Assembly (NCBI RefSeq): GCF_018350175.1
Contig: NC_058368.1
Coordinates: 73,038,001-73,102,000, forward strand
Origin: Felis catus
Taxonomy: Eukaryota
Reading direction: 5' to 3'
DNA: 64,000 nt
A model generated the notes under the pieces. That model did no database searches and was not told the origin of the DNA. It worked only from the letters and a program-made list of their open reading frames with translations. A program made the position numbers and the translations under genes. Numbering within the stretch: the first letter of the stretch is position 1; every line of letters starts with the position of its first letter. Below are positions 40,841-53,866 of this stretch, one piece after another.

Positions 40841-43800
40841 AAAATTATCACCAAAAGAAAAAAATATATAAATTATAAATTTGTAAAATTATAAATTCAC
40901 AGAATTATGAATTTGTAAATTATATTAAACAATACCTATATATTTCTAACAGTATATATACACATATATAACATATATAATATTATACATATTGTTAATT
41001 CATGATCACTAAATCAAAAGCACTTCAGCAAAGATCTCAGAATCTTCTCTAAACTACTGACATATTTAGAATGGAGCCTTTCTTATAGATTATTACATTT
41101 ACTGCAGGCCATCAAACAAAAATTCTACAGCTCTGAAAAGACTGTTCACTGTCAGTTCAAAGAATTCTTTATCCTTTTAAGAGTTTTGAAGCCTTTGGTG
41201 CATTATTCAAGTTGCCTGAAAAACACATAACTGTCATAGCACACACAGTCTTCTTTCTGGAACACTGAAGAAAGATGTACGTGTTTGGCCCTTCATATTT
41301 CTGGAGAATTTTTTATTTAAGCAGTATCTTATATAAGCAACTAGAAACACATGAATGATGTGTTTAGTTACTAACATGACATTTTCAAGTTGACAGTAAA
41401 TGATGCAAAAAATCAGAGGCTGCAAGGTCTTAGTGTTGCCATTAATAACAGGAGAATGTGACTTTGACTAATTTGGTAGTGTGTCTGTGGTATCTGTGCT
41501 GATAGTCACCCTTATAAAATTAATGGAGGCCAAGATGTATACATTGTGAAGTCAGGGATGCTTGCTAAAGGTATATCAGAAATGGCACAAGGGTTAATAC
41601 TTCGCCTGACTTTTTTTTCAGTTTTAATTTCAACTATTTTATCTGCAGATTCATTTTATCAACTGCCACATTAGTAGAATATGGCCAATTTTACCAACCT
41701 TATTTTTAAACAGATGCTAGACAACAGAGAGATTGTGCTTGATGAAAGTTTATTTTGGAATGCCTGTCAAGAAAATCTATTTTCGAAATCATTATTGACT
41801 TTATATTCCTATTTTAAACAACCGCAATGTGACTTTGCCTTAAATTCATACATCCCTGTTTAATTCTAAAGTTGTGTTTAAGCTGAAAGTTAATGCAAAA
41901 CTTGGACGAGCCACCACTCGCTGTCATATAGGAAAGACTGTATCAATCTACTTTCTGTGTCAGACTCCCCTCCCTCCCCTGGGGAGCATGCCATGCACTT
42001 GATCCCTCCAGATACATGTGAGAACAGCACTGGGGCCCATACCGTGCCTATGGGGGTCACTTAGAAGCTTTCTAATCAGCTTAACTCACCAGTCAGCTTG
42101 TGCCCTGCAGACTCACTCTTCCATTTCCCAGAGGAGGGACTGGGAAGGGCTCCAGGCAGGATCAGGAGGCCAGCCCCAGGCTCTGCTCTGTTGCTCTCTA
42201 TTATCCCGCTGGAAAGCATCCCATGCTAGGAGGATCCCAGGAGAGAAAGGACCTTCCATAGCCTCAGTCATTTACCAAATCTCACCGAGGGGAAAAGGGA
42301 ATAAAGTCGAATGCTAAATACCCTTTTTTGTGAATTTTACAACTGTTCAAACTCTTCCTTGATGCGAGTTCTCATCTGCTAAAGTGAGCCCACAGAGGTG
42401 CTCCTGCACTCGGTGACTTCTTAGCTTGCTTATGTAACCGATCTAATTTAAGGCATGTATTTTTAAAATTTACATCCTTCCTGTCCCTGTCCGGGTCATT
42501 ATTATCTGAGTTAGACTGGAAATGATAACACAGCCGGGATCCTATCTGTTCAGTTCACTTTACAAAATGATTGGCCCGGAACCAGATGTGACCCTTAGAG
42601 TAAAATGCTTCTGTCGGGCTGACAGTGGTCTTTGAACATCCCCTTCGAGAAATGCTTTCCAGGTGGGGGCCACTCATCACTGAGCTTAAGTGTCTGTGCT
42701 ACCAGGTTCCATAACTGAATTCTGATGAAATCGCACACGAGCAGCTCAAGTCCTGTCGGCAACCCCACTAATGCCTGCAGCCCATTAAAAAGAGGCTTCC
42801 CGGTCACAGGCTAAGATTTCTGAAGTGTCCCTTTCTTCACAGAAGAAGAAACAGAGGCCCCGGAGGTAAACTGGTTTGTGCGGAATTGCAAAGCTAACTG
42901 GCGGCTGTCTCCTGAGGCTCAAGGGTTTGCCCACCAGAGAATAAACAGTGGACAAGTTAAAAATTCTAGAAAGGTAGCTTCTAAGATAAGAGAGAACAAA
43001 ACAACAATATATACTGACATCAGCTCCTAGCCATCCCTAAAGTTATTCTTTTATGAGCTAAAGCATTTAATCAGCATGCTGGGTAGTTAACTGAGTGGCT
43101 GGGAATGGATTTAAAATGCATTGTTCCTTCAAAAAATAAAAACCAAGATGCTCTAAAATGTAGAGTTTTCAACCCCCAAAAGTAAGCTTCACTCTGCATG
43201 TACTTTGTGTGCAAAAAGAATATATTTCATTAAACTCCAGGGTATGTGTTAGTCTGCAAAATTCCTCTCTGCTGCTATCATAATGTGCCTTTGTTAATTT
43301 TCAAGATAAATGATTGAAAGCAAACAGCAATTGCAAAAGAGGGAATTACATGCCACCAAATCCATCTGCTCTAGGGTTTAAAGATGAACTGCACCGTGAA
43401 CCCACCTGTAAACGGAGTGTGTCTGAAGCCCCTTCTGCAAGTGGTCTGCACAGCGTGTCCAAGGAAGGAAGATGGAGTGACAATCTATGTTATAGACTTT
43501 GTGACTTATACACCAACTGGGCTTATTTTTTATTTTCTTTTAATTCGGGGGTTTTTCATAACTTTATAAGTATTAAGAACTTATGAAAAACATTAGAAAA
43601 AAAATTACCTGGAATCGCTTAAGAAATGACCATTGTTAACATACAGCTATATTTCCTCCAAGTATTTTATATGCGTATGTATAGACAGACACATAAATAA
43701 AGACAGATAGATGGATAGATAAGATTTATTATGGTTTATACAATGTTTTAATCCTTTTCCACACAATACATTTATTTTACTAGCTACTGTCATATATAAG

Positions 43801-43930
43801 CTTATGTATTTCTTTATTGTTAGAGGTTTGGCTTATTTCCACTTTTTGGCTATTAAAAGAACACTACCATTAGCAATATTCCAACAAAATTTACATGTTA
43901 TATTTAATCAATTCATTTGCTAGAGTGTTC

Positions 43931-44140
43931 TTTTTTTTTTTTGAAGTTTATTTATTCATTTTGAGAGAGAACATAAGTAGGGGAGGCACAGAGAAAGAAT
44001 GAGAGAGAGAGAATCCCAAGCAGGCTCTGCCTTACCAGCGCAGAGCGTGATGTGGGGTTCAAACTCATGAACCACGAGAGCGTGACCTGAGCTGAAATCA
44101 AGAGTCGAATGCTGAACCAACTGAGCCACCCAGTCACCCT
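43931..44140 (-). mobile_element. CAN-SINE (gggattc-type subfamily), antisense
   Basis: gagaatcccaagcaggctc...tgaaatcaagagtc...ctgagccacccag. Confidence 0.93.
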
Positions 44141-44229
44141 GCCAAGGCATTCTTCCTATTCCAACTGAGAGCTCTGTGTTATATGACTGTCTTTATTACT
44201 ATAGTCTATTGTCCCTCATCAACTTATAA

Positions 44230-44480
44230 CACTAATAAACTTATTGATCTCTTACTCTATGCCAAACACTGTTCTAAGCACTTTTCATACATTTGTACAT
44301 TTTAATCTTCGCAATAACTTTATGATACAGAACTAGTATTATCTTTTATCATCTTTAAAGAGAAGAAGAAACTAAACCACAAAGAGAGCCCTCTGTAACT
44401 TCCCCAAGGTCACATGGTTAACACAGGATGATCAGGTATAAGAACCCAGGAGTCTGGGTCCCTGGCCCTGCTTGGAATCG
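44230..44480 (-). mobile_element. MIR, antisense
   Basis: cttactctatgccaaacactgttctaagc...aacttccccaaggtcacatgg. Confidence 0.7.
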
Positions 44481-44681
44481 TGAAACCGTACCATGTCTCT
44501 AAAGGATAAGATTGCGTGTTTATTAAGCATGCTCTTTTAATATATTTCCCATTTTTAAAAGTACCATGTAAGAACAGGAATATTCATGTATTGGGATAAC
44601 AACTAATTTTTGAAGAAAATAAAGCATAGAAAGGAAATTGTCCTAGTGACTCAACCTGCTTAATTAAAACAGCTTCTTTCT

Positions 44682-45193
44682 GAACCTAAATGTCCATCAA
44701 CTGATGAATGGATAAAGAAGTTGTGGTTTATATATACAATGGAATACTACTTGGCAATGAGAAAAAATGAAATCTGGCCATTTGCAGCAACATGGATGGA
44801 ACTGGAGAGTATTATGCTAAGTGAAATAAGTCAGGCAGAGAAAGACAGATACCGTGTGTTTTCACTTATATGTGGATCCTGAGAAACTCAACAGAAGACC
44901 AGCAGGGAGGGGAAGGGGGGAAAAAAAGTTACAGAGGGAAGGAGACAAACCATGAGAGACTCTTAAATACTGAGAACTGAGGGTTCGTGGGGGTTGGTGG
45001 GGAGGGGAAAGTGGGTGATGAGCATTGAGGAGGGCACCTATTGGGATGAACACAGGGTGTTCCATGGAAACCAATTTGACAATAAATTTCATATAAAAAA
45101 TAAAAATAAAATAAAATAAAATAAATGAAATAAAATAAAATAAAATATAAAATAAAATAAAATAAAATAAAATAAAATAAAATAAAATAAAAT
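44682..45193 (+). mobile_element. 5'-truncated felid L1 3' end with (AAAAT)n tail and TSD
   Basis: cctaaatgtccatcaactgatgaatggataaagaag; TSD agcttctttct at 44671-44681 and 45194-45204. Confidence 0.96.
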
Positions 45194-48039
45194 AGCTTCT
45201 TTCTCAGTACAATTGACATTTGTCTTACTTCTCCTCTTGCAGAATCACAATCCACAATGTCTCATATTTTTATGAGAGAAAGACTATAAAGTATAGTTCA
45301 AGAAGTTTTAAGTTTATAATATAAAGTTTTAAGTTCAAGAAGTGAATAATGGAGCATTGTGATTCCCATATTTGGGACTATCCTGGCAAGTTGCAGCTGA
45401 GATGAATTCTAACTTGACCCTTTTCTAGACACAACCATAGAGGAGATGCTTATCTCTCTACATGCCACATTTCTAATCTGAAAATAGGGCCGTTAACCTC
45501 TCCCTTGGTGCTATGGTGAAGATGAAATCAAACACCACAGATAAAACCACTGGCACAGTGGCTAATGTATACTAAATGATATTTTTTTCATCTTCTGCCT
45601 TGTTCCCTGAAACAAAGCAAATAAAAATAAAACCCAGTTTTAAACAACACAGTTTAAAGTCTAAGCTTTTATAACATAACGAGTACTGTCTCCTTGAGAA
45701 TAAATCCTTCAGGAACTCCATTTGAAATGTCCCTAGCCCCTCCCCCGAAGAATATGCAAGCACCCCTTCTCCTTCTCCCAGTGAATACACAGGATGCCTT
45801 CAGAGTCTGCTCCCAAATGTTACACTGTTTACAGAGTTTACACCCTACTGGAAACAGATGGACTCAGGACGTGATGCTCAGGGACCAGGCCTAAAACTGT
45901 ATTGGGTGCTTGACCTAATATATCAGGGAGGAAGCTCTCTACATGGTAAATACCCATTACAAGCATCATTTGAGTCTATTGTGGCTGCAGCTCTATATGT
46001 ATTAAATAATTGTTATTTCCTTCATTCAGTCTGTTCAAATAATAGTCCCTCCTTAGGCCACATGCTGCAGGAAAAATAGGCAATGATTTCAGCAGTCTCC
46101 AGGCATGTCAGCCCCTGAAGAATAAATAACATATTTATCTTTAAAAAATTATGTAGCAGGTTGAAAAAAATGTCATTTTTAACAGCCGGCACCATAGCTC
46201 CCCTAAGGGAGAGAACTGTCTTTAAGAAAATACCTGGATAGACTGCTTTAAGCAGGGAGGAATGACCTGAGGGAATGCTCTATGTGAAGACAGCAAATCC
46301 AAGACTGCTCCATGAGACGTTAACAGAATCTGGGGGGGTGAAGGAGGCATCTAGAGAGGAGAGTGGGCGAGGCATCTGGAAGAGTGGAGGGGACGGTGGA
46401 CAGCAGCAGGACAGAAAGGTTTGATCATGCAGAAAAAAGAAGTGGGTAAAAAAAAACAAAACAAAAAAAAAAAACAACTCCAAGTGGCAAGGAAGTCAGG
46501 GCATTGAGTTATTCACTAAGTCAGAGTTTGGTTCTGCGACATAAACCGCCTTCATCACTGCGAACCTTCAGTAAAGCTGTCATACACACCAATGCCTCGT
46601 TTGAATGGTGGTTTTGGTTTCACTTCTGAGCATGCGAGCGACAGAAAAGGAAGAAGCTCCAGCGACTGAGATAAAAATCAGATGGAGAACTCAGCGGAAA
46701 TATGAAAACACATCTAGGGTGAACATGAGAACATGAGCCCCTAGGAAATCAGAGACACTGGGGGGAGTTGGGACTTTAAGTCAACTTTCTGTACACTTCA
46801 AAGGGACCTAACATAAAGTCTACATGAATGAAAAGAAGCACTCTCCAGTTGACAAGCATAAAAAGAACAGGACAAAGAGGCACTTTCCAAGGGACTTGGG
46901 GAAATGAATTTAGACTTCATCTATTTCTGTTGCAGCCTTGTATTTTTTTCCAGATGCTTGAGCTTTCAAGAGTATGACTTATTATAAAATCATTTTATAT
47001 GCATTCTAAATGAACTTAAGTCACTGTTTTGGTGAAAAGTAAGGCATTCCTTCTATAAGCTATGAACAGAGTGGTGTCAAAACTGAATTTCCTGGATGCA
47101 GGCTCTGAGTGTGCTCAGAAGGCAGTAAGTGTGGCCCATGGTGCCTCCACTGTTTCTTGAACACTTGTATGGAATTAGAAATGGCCACTGAAGGGTGGCT
47201 CCCTCTCTGAAAACCCGACTCAACAGCCCAGCGAAGTATACATGTGTCACACACACAGTATAGCATTTCTGGCCTCACCTCATCTCTCTCTTCACAGGTA
47301 TCCATCCTTCAAAGCAAAGCAACCAAATCCTCACCCCCTCCACCATTCCTCTGACCTACTCCACCATGCTCACCAACAACCTCCTAATTATGCACTTACA
47401 ATCTGTCCTTTGTCCCCATCCCTTTCCTTGTTCCCTTAGTCCCAGAATATTAACAGTAGCCCTGTCATTAAACTAGTCACCCCAGCTGGGAATCCTTGAC
47501 TTTGTTTTTGCTATGCATCCCATTATTACTCTGATCCTAACTTCTCAGTCATTATGTAGTTCTTCTTCCTCCACAAGTATCTGAAATGCTTTGTGTTTCC
47601 AGATCCGGTCCTGCATTCTGTTTGCTTACTCCATATGCATGCCATGCTTCACCTGTCACTGAATACCTCTCCAGATATCTCATCTCTCCCAGATCCTAAC
47701 CTCTACTTCCAATCTCTACTTCCCAAAAGCATGTTGCACAGGTCCCTCTAGGTATCTCATCAGATAACTCAGTATCTCCATGTCTGGACTAATGGAGACA
47801 ACAAGAGACAACCTGCCAGGATTTAGCCTTCCTCCAACCAGGTGCATCTCACAACTATACCAAGGAAACAAAATCAGATATTTGCAAGGCAAAAACAGTA
47901 TCTTCCACTAGCCATATAATAATGGATAAATTCCACCCATATGTGAATTAAGAAGATGCCAGAGATTCCAATCTTGCTGCCCCACTTGTCCCTATATCAT
48001 TATAAGTCATCACTTAAGCAACCATCTGAGCCACCTCTG

Positions 48040-48630
48040 TTTTTTTAAATTTGCATTTAAATTCCATTTAGTTAACGTACAATGTAATATTAGTTTCAGG
48101 TGTACAATATAGTGATTCATCACGTCAACACCCCCTGGCGCTCATCACAAGTGCTCTCCGTAATCCTTATCACCCATGTAACCCCTCCCCTCACCCCCTC
48201 CCTTCTGGTAACTTATGCAGTTATGGGGTCTGGCTAGCCAAGTCCAGTTCCTTCTTTATAGTTAGGAGTCTGTTTCTTCCCCCCTTTTTCTCATTTGTTT
48301 TGTTTCTTAAATTTCACATATGAGTGAAATCATATGGTATTTGTCTTTCTCTGACTGACTTATTTTGCTTAGCATACTATACTCTAGCTCCATCCATGTC
48401 TTTGCAAATGGCAAGATTTTATTCTTTTTTATGGCTGAGTAACATTCCATTGTGTATATATACCACATCTTCTTTATCCATTCATCAGTTGATGGACATT
48501 TGGGATGTTTCCATAGTTCAGCTATTGTAGATAATGCTCTTACAAACATGGGGGTGCAAGTGTACTTTTGAATTAGTATTTTTGTATTCTTTGAGTAAAT
48601 ACCTAGTAGTGCAATTTCTGGATTGTAGGA
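48040..48630 (-). mobile_element. Carnivore L1 3' end, antisense
   Basis: Minus ORF ...WKHPKCPSTDEWIKKMWYIYTMECYSAIKKNK...; T tail at about 48040. Confidence 0.95.
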
Positions 48631-48967
48631 CCATGTCTTATTTAGAAATTATTTCATCTATCTTAATTATAATATCATAATTAACTGAGCAATTGTAACA
48701 ATAATTGATTTCCCTTTTCTTCTAGAAAAATATATCTTTATCTCCACTACATTTGGTGCTCCCTAACAATATATTTAATAGAATGGCTCTGTAGACCAAA
48801 ACTTCCTCATACCCACTCTACTCTCAATGTACTACCCTCAACATTTATCTTAAGCTCAGCCACTAAGAGCTTCCCAAAGTTGTGGTTCCTAAAATTGCAG
48901 TTCTCAAAATGCATTCTACATACACAAGTCCTCATAAGGTCCTCCATTTTTAAAATTATATTCATAA

Positions 48968-49134
48968 TAAAAAAAACAGATGAACATAGGGGAAGAGAAG
49001 GAAAAATAAGATAAAAACAGAGAGGGAGGCAAACCAAAGAGAACAAACTGAGGGTTGCTGGAGGGGATGTAGGTGGGGGCATGGGCTAAATGGGTGATGG
49101 GCATTAAACAGGGCACTTGTTGGGATGAGTACTG
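48968..49134 (+). mobile_element. Felid L1 3' UTR fragment lacking its tail
   Basis: acagatgaacatagggg...gagaacaaactgagggttgctggagggg...gggcacttgttgggatgag; homologous to 26188-26360. Confidence 0.9.
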
Positions 49135-49246
49135 ACCACACAGAGCCTACTTGGGATTCTCTGTCTCCCTCTCTCTACTTCTCCCCTGTTTGTGTGCTCT
49201 CACTCTCTCTCTCTCTCTGTCTCTCTCAAAAATAAATAAATTTTAA
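49132..49246 (+). mobile_element. CAN-SINE 3' half fused to the L1 fragment
   Basis: cacagagcctacttgggattctctgtctccc...caaaaataaataaa. Confidence 0.9.
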
Positions 49247-49354
49247 CAAGGCAAAGGAGAGTCACCAAAGGCATAAAAGAAAGAAAAAAGAAAGAATAAA
49301 TCCTGGATGACCATATAATTGGACTTGTTTATTCATTTAGAAATGACAGCTACA

Positions 49355-49584
49355 GGGGCACCTGGGTGGTTCACCTGGTTGAGCGTCCGACTGCAGCTCA
49401 GGTCATGATCTTACAGTCAGTGAGCTCGAGCCCTGCATCGGGCTCTCTGCTGTCAGCTCAGAGCCTGGAGCCTGCTTCGGAATATGTGTCTCGCTTCTTT
49501 CTGTCCCTCCCCCCGCTCACATTCTGTGTGTCTCTCTCTCAAAAATAAATAAACACTAAAAAAATTTTTAATATTAAAAAAAGA
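49355..49584 (+). mobile_element. CAN-SINE with 16-bp TSD
   Basis: TSD agaaatgaca(g/a)ctaca. Confidence 0.97.
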
Positions 49585-49780
49585 AGAAATGACAACTACA
49601 AACTTGTATGCTCCTGATGTCAGATAAAATTTTTTGTAGAGCAAAGAATAATATTCATAGCCCTGTAATAGTCTCTTTAGTGATTTGATGAATGTTCTTG
49701 GTACACAGAATAAAACCATTCTTTTGGTTGTGAATGTTGCTTCAAGGGCTATTTCACTACTTCATTAAGAAGAATTTCCA

Positions 49781-50001
49781 GGGGCGCCTGGGTGGTGCAG
49801 ACGGTTAAGTGTCTGACTTCAGCTCAGGTCACGATCTCGCGATCCGTGAGTTCGAGCCCTGCGTCGGGCTCTGGGCTGATGGCTCGGAGCCTGGAGCCTG
49901 CTTCAGATTCTGTGTCTCCCTCTCTCTCTGCCCCTCCCCTGTTCATGCTCTGTCTCTGTCTCAAAAATAAATAAACGTTACAAAAAAAAATAAAAAAAAA
50001 A
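49781..50001 (+). mobile_element. Young CAN-SINE with perfect 14-bp TSD
   Basis: TSD aagaagaatttcca at 49767-49780 and 50002-50015; many CpGs retained. Confidence 0.97.
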
Positions 50002-50397
50002 AAGAAGAATTTCCAGATTGTGCATGTGTGTGTTATATGAAATACATTCATGGTAGCTGTTTTTCTAGAGATGATAAAAAATCTAGAAAAGTAACTTTTG
50101 TTGGAATTCTTTACACATGTGTATTTCCAGAAGCAGGGTGAGCTAATGATTGGTGTGATAAATGCTTGTTCATATTTTTATCAGATCAATAATAAGCTTG
50201 GTTTCTGAATAACTTGGAAAGTTACACTAAGAATTAATATCGCACCATCTTTGCACGGAATTTTTCTCTATTTTGTTATTAGACTGAGAGTACACTATAT
50301 TCCAACATTTCTAAGGATCTTCTTCATAAACTCTCCACTCTTTTAGGCCTGTGTTTAGTCAGGGAATAGATAAGCCAGAACCTTATAGACCAGCCAA

Positions 50398-50597
50398 GGG
50401 GCGCCTGGGTGGCTCAATCAGTTAAGCATCAACTCTTGGTTTCTGCTCAGGTCATAATCTCATAGTTCATGAGTTTCAGCCCCGTAGCAGGCTCTGTACT
50501 GACAACATGGAACCTGCTTGGGATTCTTTCTCTCCCTCTCTCTCTCTGGCCCTCTCTCTCTCTCTCTAAATAAAATAAACATACGTACATATATACA
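50398..50597 (+). mobile_element. CAN-SINE (gggattc type)
   Basis: ggggcgcctgggtggctcaatcagttaag head, CT tract, A tail. Confidence 0.93.
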
Positions 50598-50634
50598 TAA
50601 GCCAAAATAATACTTTGATAATTTTTTGTACTTT

Positions 50635-50790
50635 CATAGTGCTTAGTAAGTTCCAGGCACTGTTCTAAATGTTCTTAACACTTACAACTCCCAATGAGGT
50701 AGGAACTATTGTTATTCCCATTTACAAATGATAAAATGGAAGCACAGAGAGGGTAAGTAATTTGCCCAGAGTTACAACAGCCAGTAACTC
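50635..50790 (-). mobile_element. MIR, antisense
   Basis: ccaggcactgttctaaat...tgaggtaggaactattgttattcccatttacaaatga...cacagagagggtaagtaatttgccca. Confidence 0.75.
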
Positions 50791-52307
50791 AGGGCATGAA
50801 GCCAAGGTAGAGGCTTCAAAGCAAACAATGGTAGTTGCAGAACCATGATCCAAGGTAGGGAGTCGGTTGAAGGATCAAGGAGAGGGAATGCTTCATGGAC
50901 CAGGGTTCAACAGCAAAGCAGCAGCAGAAGGAAAACAAAAAACAGACAAAAAAAACTGGACTGTATGTCTCTGAGCCATGGCTTAAAGATTCTTAGAACA
51001 TTCTCTGACTGAGGGCAAAATTGGTCTCATTGTTTAGGGCAGGCTCCAACCTTATAGATGGTATTTAGTAAACTCACTTGGGGATGTTTTACTTTGAGGG
51101 GCTAAGGATCCTAGACAATCACTGTGTATCTCCTAACCAAACATGTCTATATCCTCTCTTCTGACTGCATGATGAGCATTTCCTCCCCTCAGTTTTAAGA
51201 ATGAGCTGTTCCATTTTCTCCACTATTGCTCGTCTGTCCACCTCGAAAGAAATTCCCTGCTCCTCAAGTATCCCCATCACACAGAATCTGATCAAGTTAC
51301 TCTTCTTCCATAAAATCCCTCTTTTCCTTTTAAAGGAGGAAATAGCCACAATATTTATTATCTGCATATTGCACACAGTCATGTATTTCATTGAAATGTC
51401 TTGTTTTTCTGCATGAGCATCTCGCCTGGCAAATCTCTGTGGCCAAAGACCATTTAGGATTACTTACCTCTATGACTGACTCATAATGCTCATTAGTGTG
51501 GATAGCTTGTACAAAATGCCTAATGGGCATTTGTTAAATGAACATATCAGTGGAAAGCATAATTTAAGTGTTACCCTGCTTTTTCCATCAACCCATTCAT
51601 GTGTGGTCCACAAAAAGTGCCCAATAAATCTTGATTGATTAATTCCTTCACCGTTGAGTCAGAAATTGTGGAATTAACAACAAATACTATTATTACAATC
51701 TAGTATTTGTTATTTTAAGTGAATAACAGTTAACAATATGAAGTGCCTCAACTGCTTTGTTTAATTGCACAGAACCCATGCTACAAACACTACCCCAGGG
51801 ATTCATTTCTAAAGAAGGCAAACACTTTCTTCCTTCTTTCACGCCAGGGAGGACACACGGCATATGTTTTGGTCCTAGTTGGTCTTCTCTGTCTCTGACA
51901 CATAGCTGACAACAGTTCATAAATTTGAGTTTTCATGGTGGATAGCAATTAGAAAGAAGGCTTGTAACTCAAGGCTACCAAGTCCCTTTGCATCAATATA
52001 TTCTGGGTTTGCTTTGACCTTTTTGAAAATGTTGCATATGTATGCTGCATGTTTGCATGTATTCTTTCTGGCATTACACTGAGACTGTGAAGTTAAATGT
52101 CATTGCAGCCTAGATATCCAAGCCACCTTATCATATGACATTATTTGGGATATAATCACAATGAGCAAATCTGTTCCATAGGAACTGTTTAAAAGGTAGA
52201 CATGTACCTTTTTTGATAATTTTTTGTGAAAACATCTCTACTGATGCCATGTCCTTTTTATTCTTCTCCCCCTCAAATACTTTTTTACTTTATTTATTTA
52301 AATTTCA

Positions 52308-52522
52308 GGGGCGCCTGGGTGGCACAGTCGGTTAAGTGTCCGACTTCAGCCAGGTCACGATCTCGCGGTCCGTGAGTTCGAGCCCCGCGTCAGGCTCTGG
52401 GCTGATGGCTCGGAGCCTGGAGCCTGTTTCAGATTCTGTGTCTCTCCCTCTCTCTCTGCCCCTCCCCCGTTCATGCTCTGTCTCTCTCTGTCCCAAAAAT
52501 AAATAAACGTTGAAAAAAAAAT
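52308..52522 (+). mobile_element. Young CAN-SINE with TSD
   Basis: CpG-rich; intact A box and B box (gagttcgagcc); TSD tttaaatttca. Confidence 0.97.
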
Positions 52523-53408
52523 TTTAAATTTCAGACCAGAACTATAGGGCAGGTCACATAACAATTTATATCTCTATAATGAGAAAAGATCTCAGTTGAT
52601 CACATGTCTAATACTGAACGCTTAATTTTAAGAATGCTCTTACTTTTTAATACAAACAGACAAGATGACACAAAAATACACCAAATAGGATTTTAAAAAT
52701 GAGACACTTCTAAAATTATTGTTACTATGCATAAAATATTAGTCTTTTTACTTCCCCCATTAGACCACTCGCCCTCCTCAAAAAATTTTATCTCTGAGAG
52801 AATAATTCTTTGGTTGCCAGAAGTTCCACTTTTTTCCCTCTGTCTTTCCACTGCTCAAGCATGCTTGAAACTCTCTTTAATCATCCTCTATGCCAAGCAT
52901 CAGGCACAGTGCCTGGCACACTGTAGCACTCAGTAATTGTTTGATCAGTGAATAAGGGAGAATCTTTTGAAGTTACACAAACGAACCAAAATCTTTCTTT
53001 TGAGGATGGATGATAAAAAAAACATTTGCCTCAAAGGATAAAGTACTCTTTCAAGTTGAATCTGTCTACGAATCTAAAAATTCAAAGGCTCTAGTACATT
53101 ACCTCGGCATTTTATTTTTTTTCCATACCACTTTGAAACAATAATTTTGTTTCATCTAGCTTTTTAATTTCCTTCAATCACAATCATGAAAAACTGAGAA
53201 AGTAGTCTGTGTTCATGTTAGCCTGCAAAATATAGCGTGTTGCAAACTCACGAAAACAATCTGCCATAAATAGGACAGTGATAGTCTCACGTATCTTCAT
53301 ATTCTCAGTAATTAAGAGGAAAACCGATTCGAAGTCCAAAGCTGAATTCACACTGATTCAGTTTTGTATTAATTCTAAATGCAGACGAAGATATTTACTT
53401 CCTTTTTT

Positions 53409-53633
53409 ATATAAGATTTTTTTAATGTTTTTTTTTAATTTATTTTTGACAGAGAGAGAGACAGAGCATGAGCAGGGGAGGGGCAGAGAGAGAGGGAGAC
53501 ACAGAATCTGAAGCAGGCTCCAGGCTCCGAGCTGTCAGCACAGAGCCTGATGCAGGGCTCGAACTCACGGACTGTGAGGTCATGACCTGAGCCGAAGTCG
53601 GTGGCTTAACCGACTGAGCCACCCAAGTGCCCC
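53409..53633 (-). mobile_element. CAN-SINE, antisense, with TSD
   Basis: TSD tacttcctttttt at 53396-53408 and 53634-53646. Confidence 0.96.
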
Positions 53634-53666
53634 TACTTCCTTTTTTTTTACTACACCATAATAACA

Positions 53667-53866
53667 TTTTTTAAAGTTTACTTATTTATTTTGAGAGAGA
53701 GACAGAGAGAGTGAGTGGGGGAGGAGCAGAAAGAGGGAAAGAGAGAATCCCAAGCAGGCCCTGCACTGTCAGCCCAACACGGGGCTTGAGCTCACAAACT
53801 AAGAGATCATGACCTAAGCTGAAATCAAGAGTCAGCAGTTAACTGATTGAGCCACCCAGGCACCCC
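53667..53866 (-). mobile_element. CAN-SINE (gggattc type), antisense
   Basis: gagaatcccaagcagg...gagccacccaggcacccc; flanking aataacattt repeat. Confidence 0.94.

Noticed and set aside
49781..49870. tRNA-like A/B boxes as tRNA genes
   Set aside because: They are heads of tRNA-derived CAN-SINEs, followed by CT tracts, A tails and TSDs.
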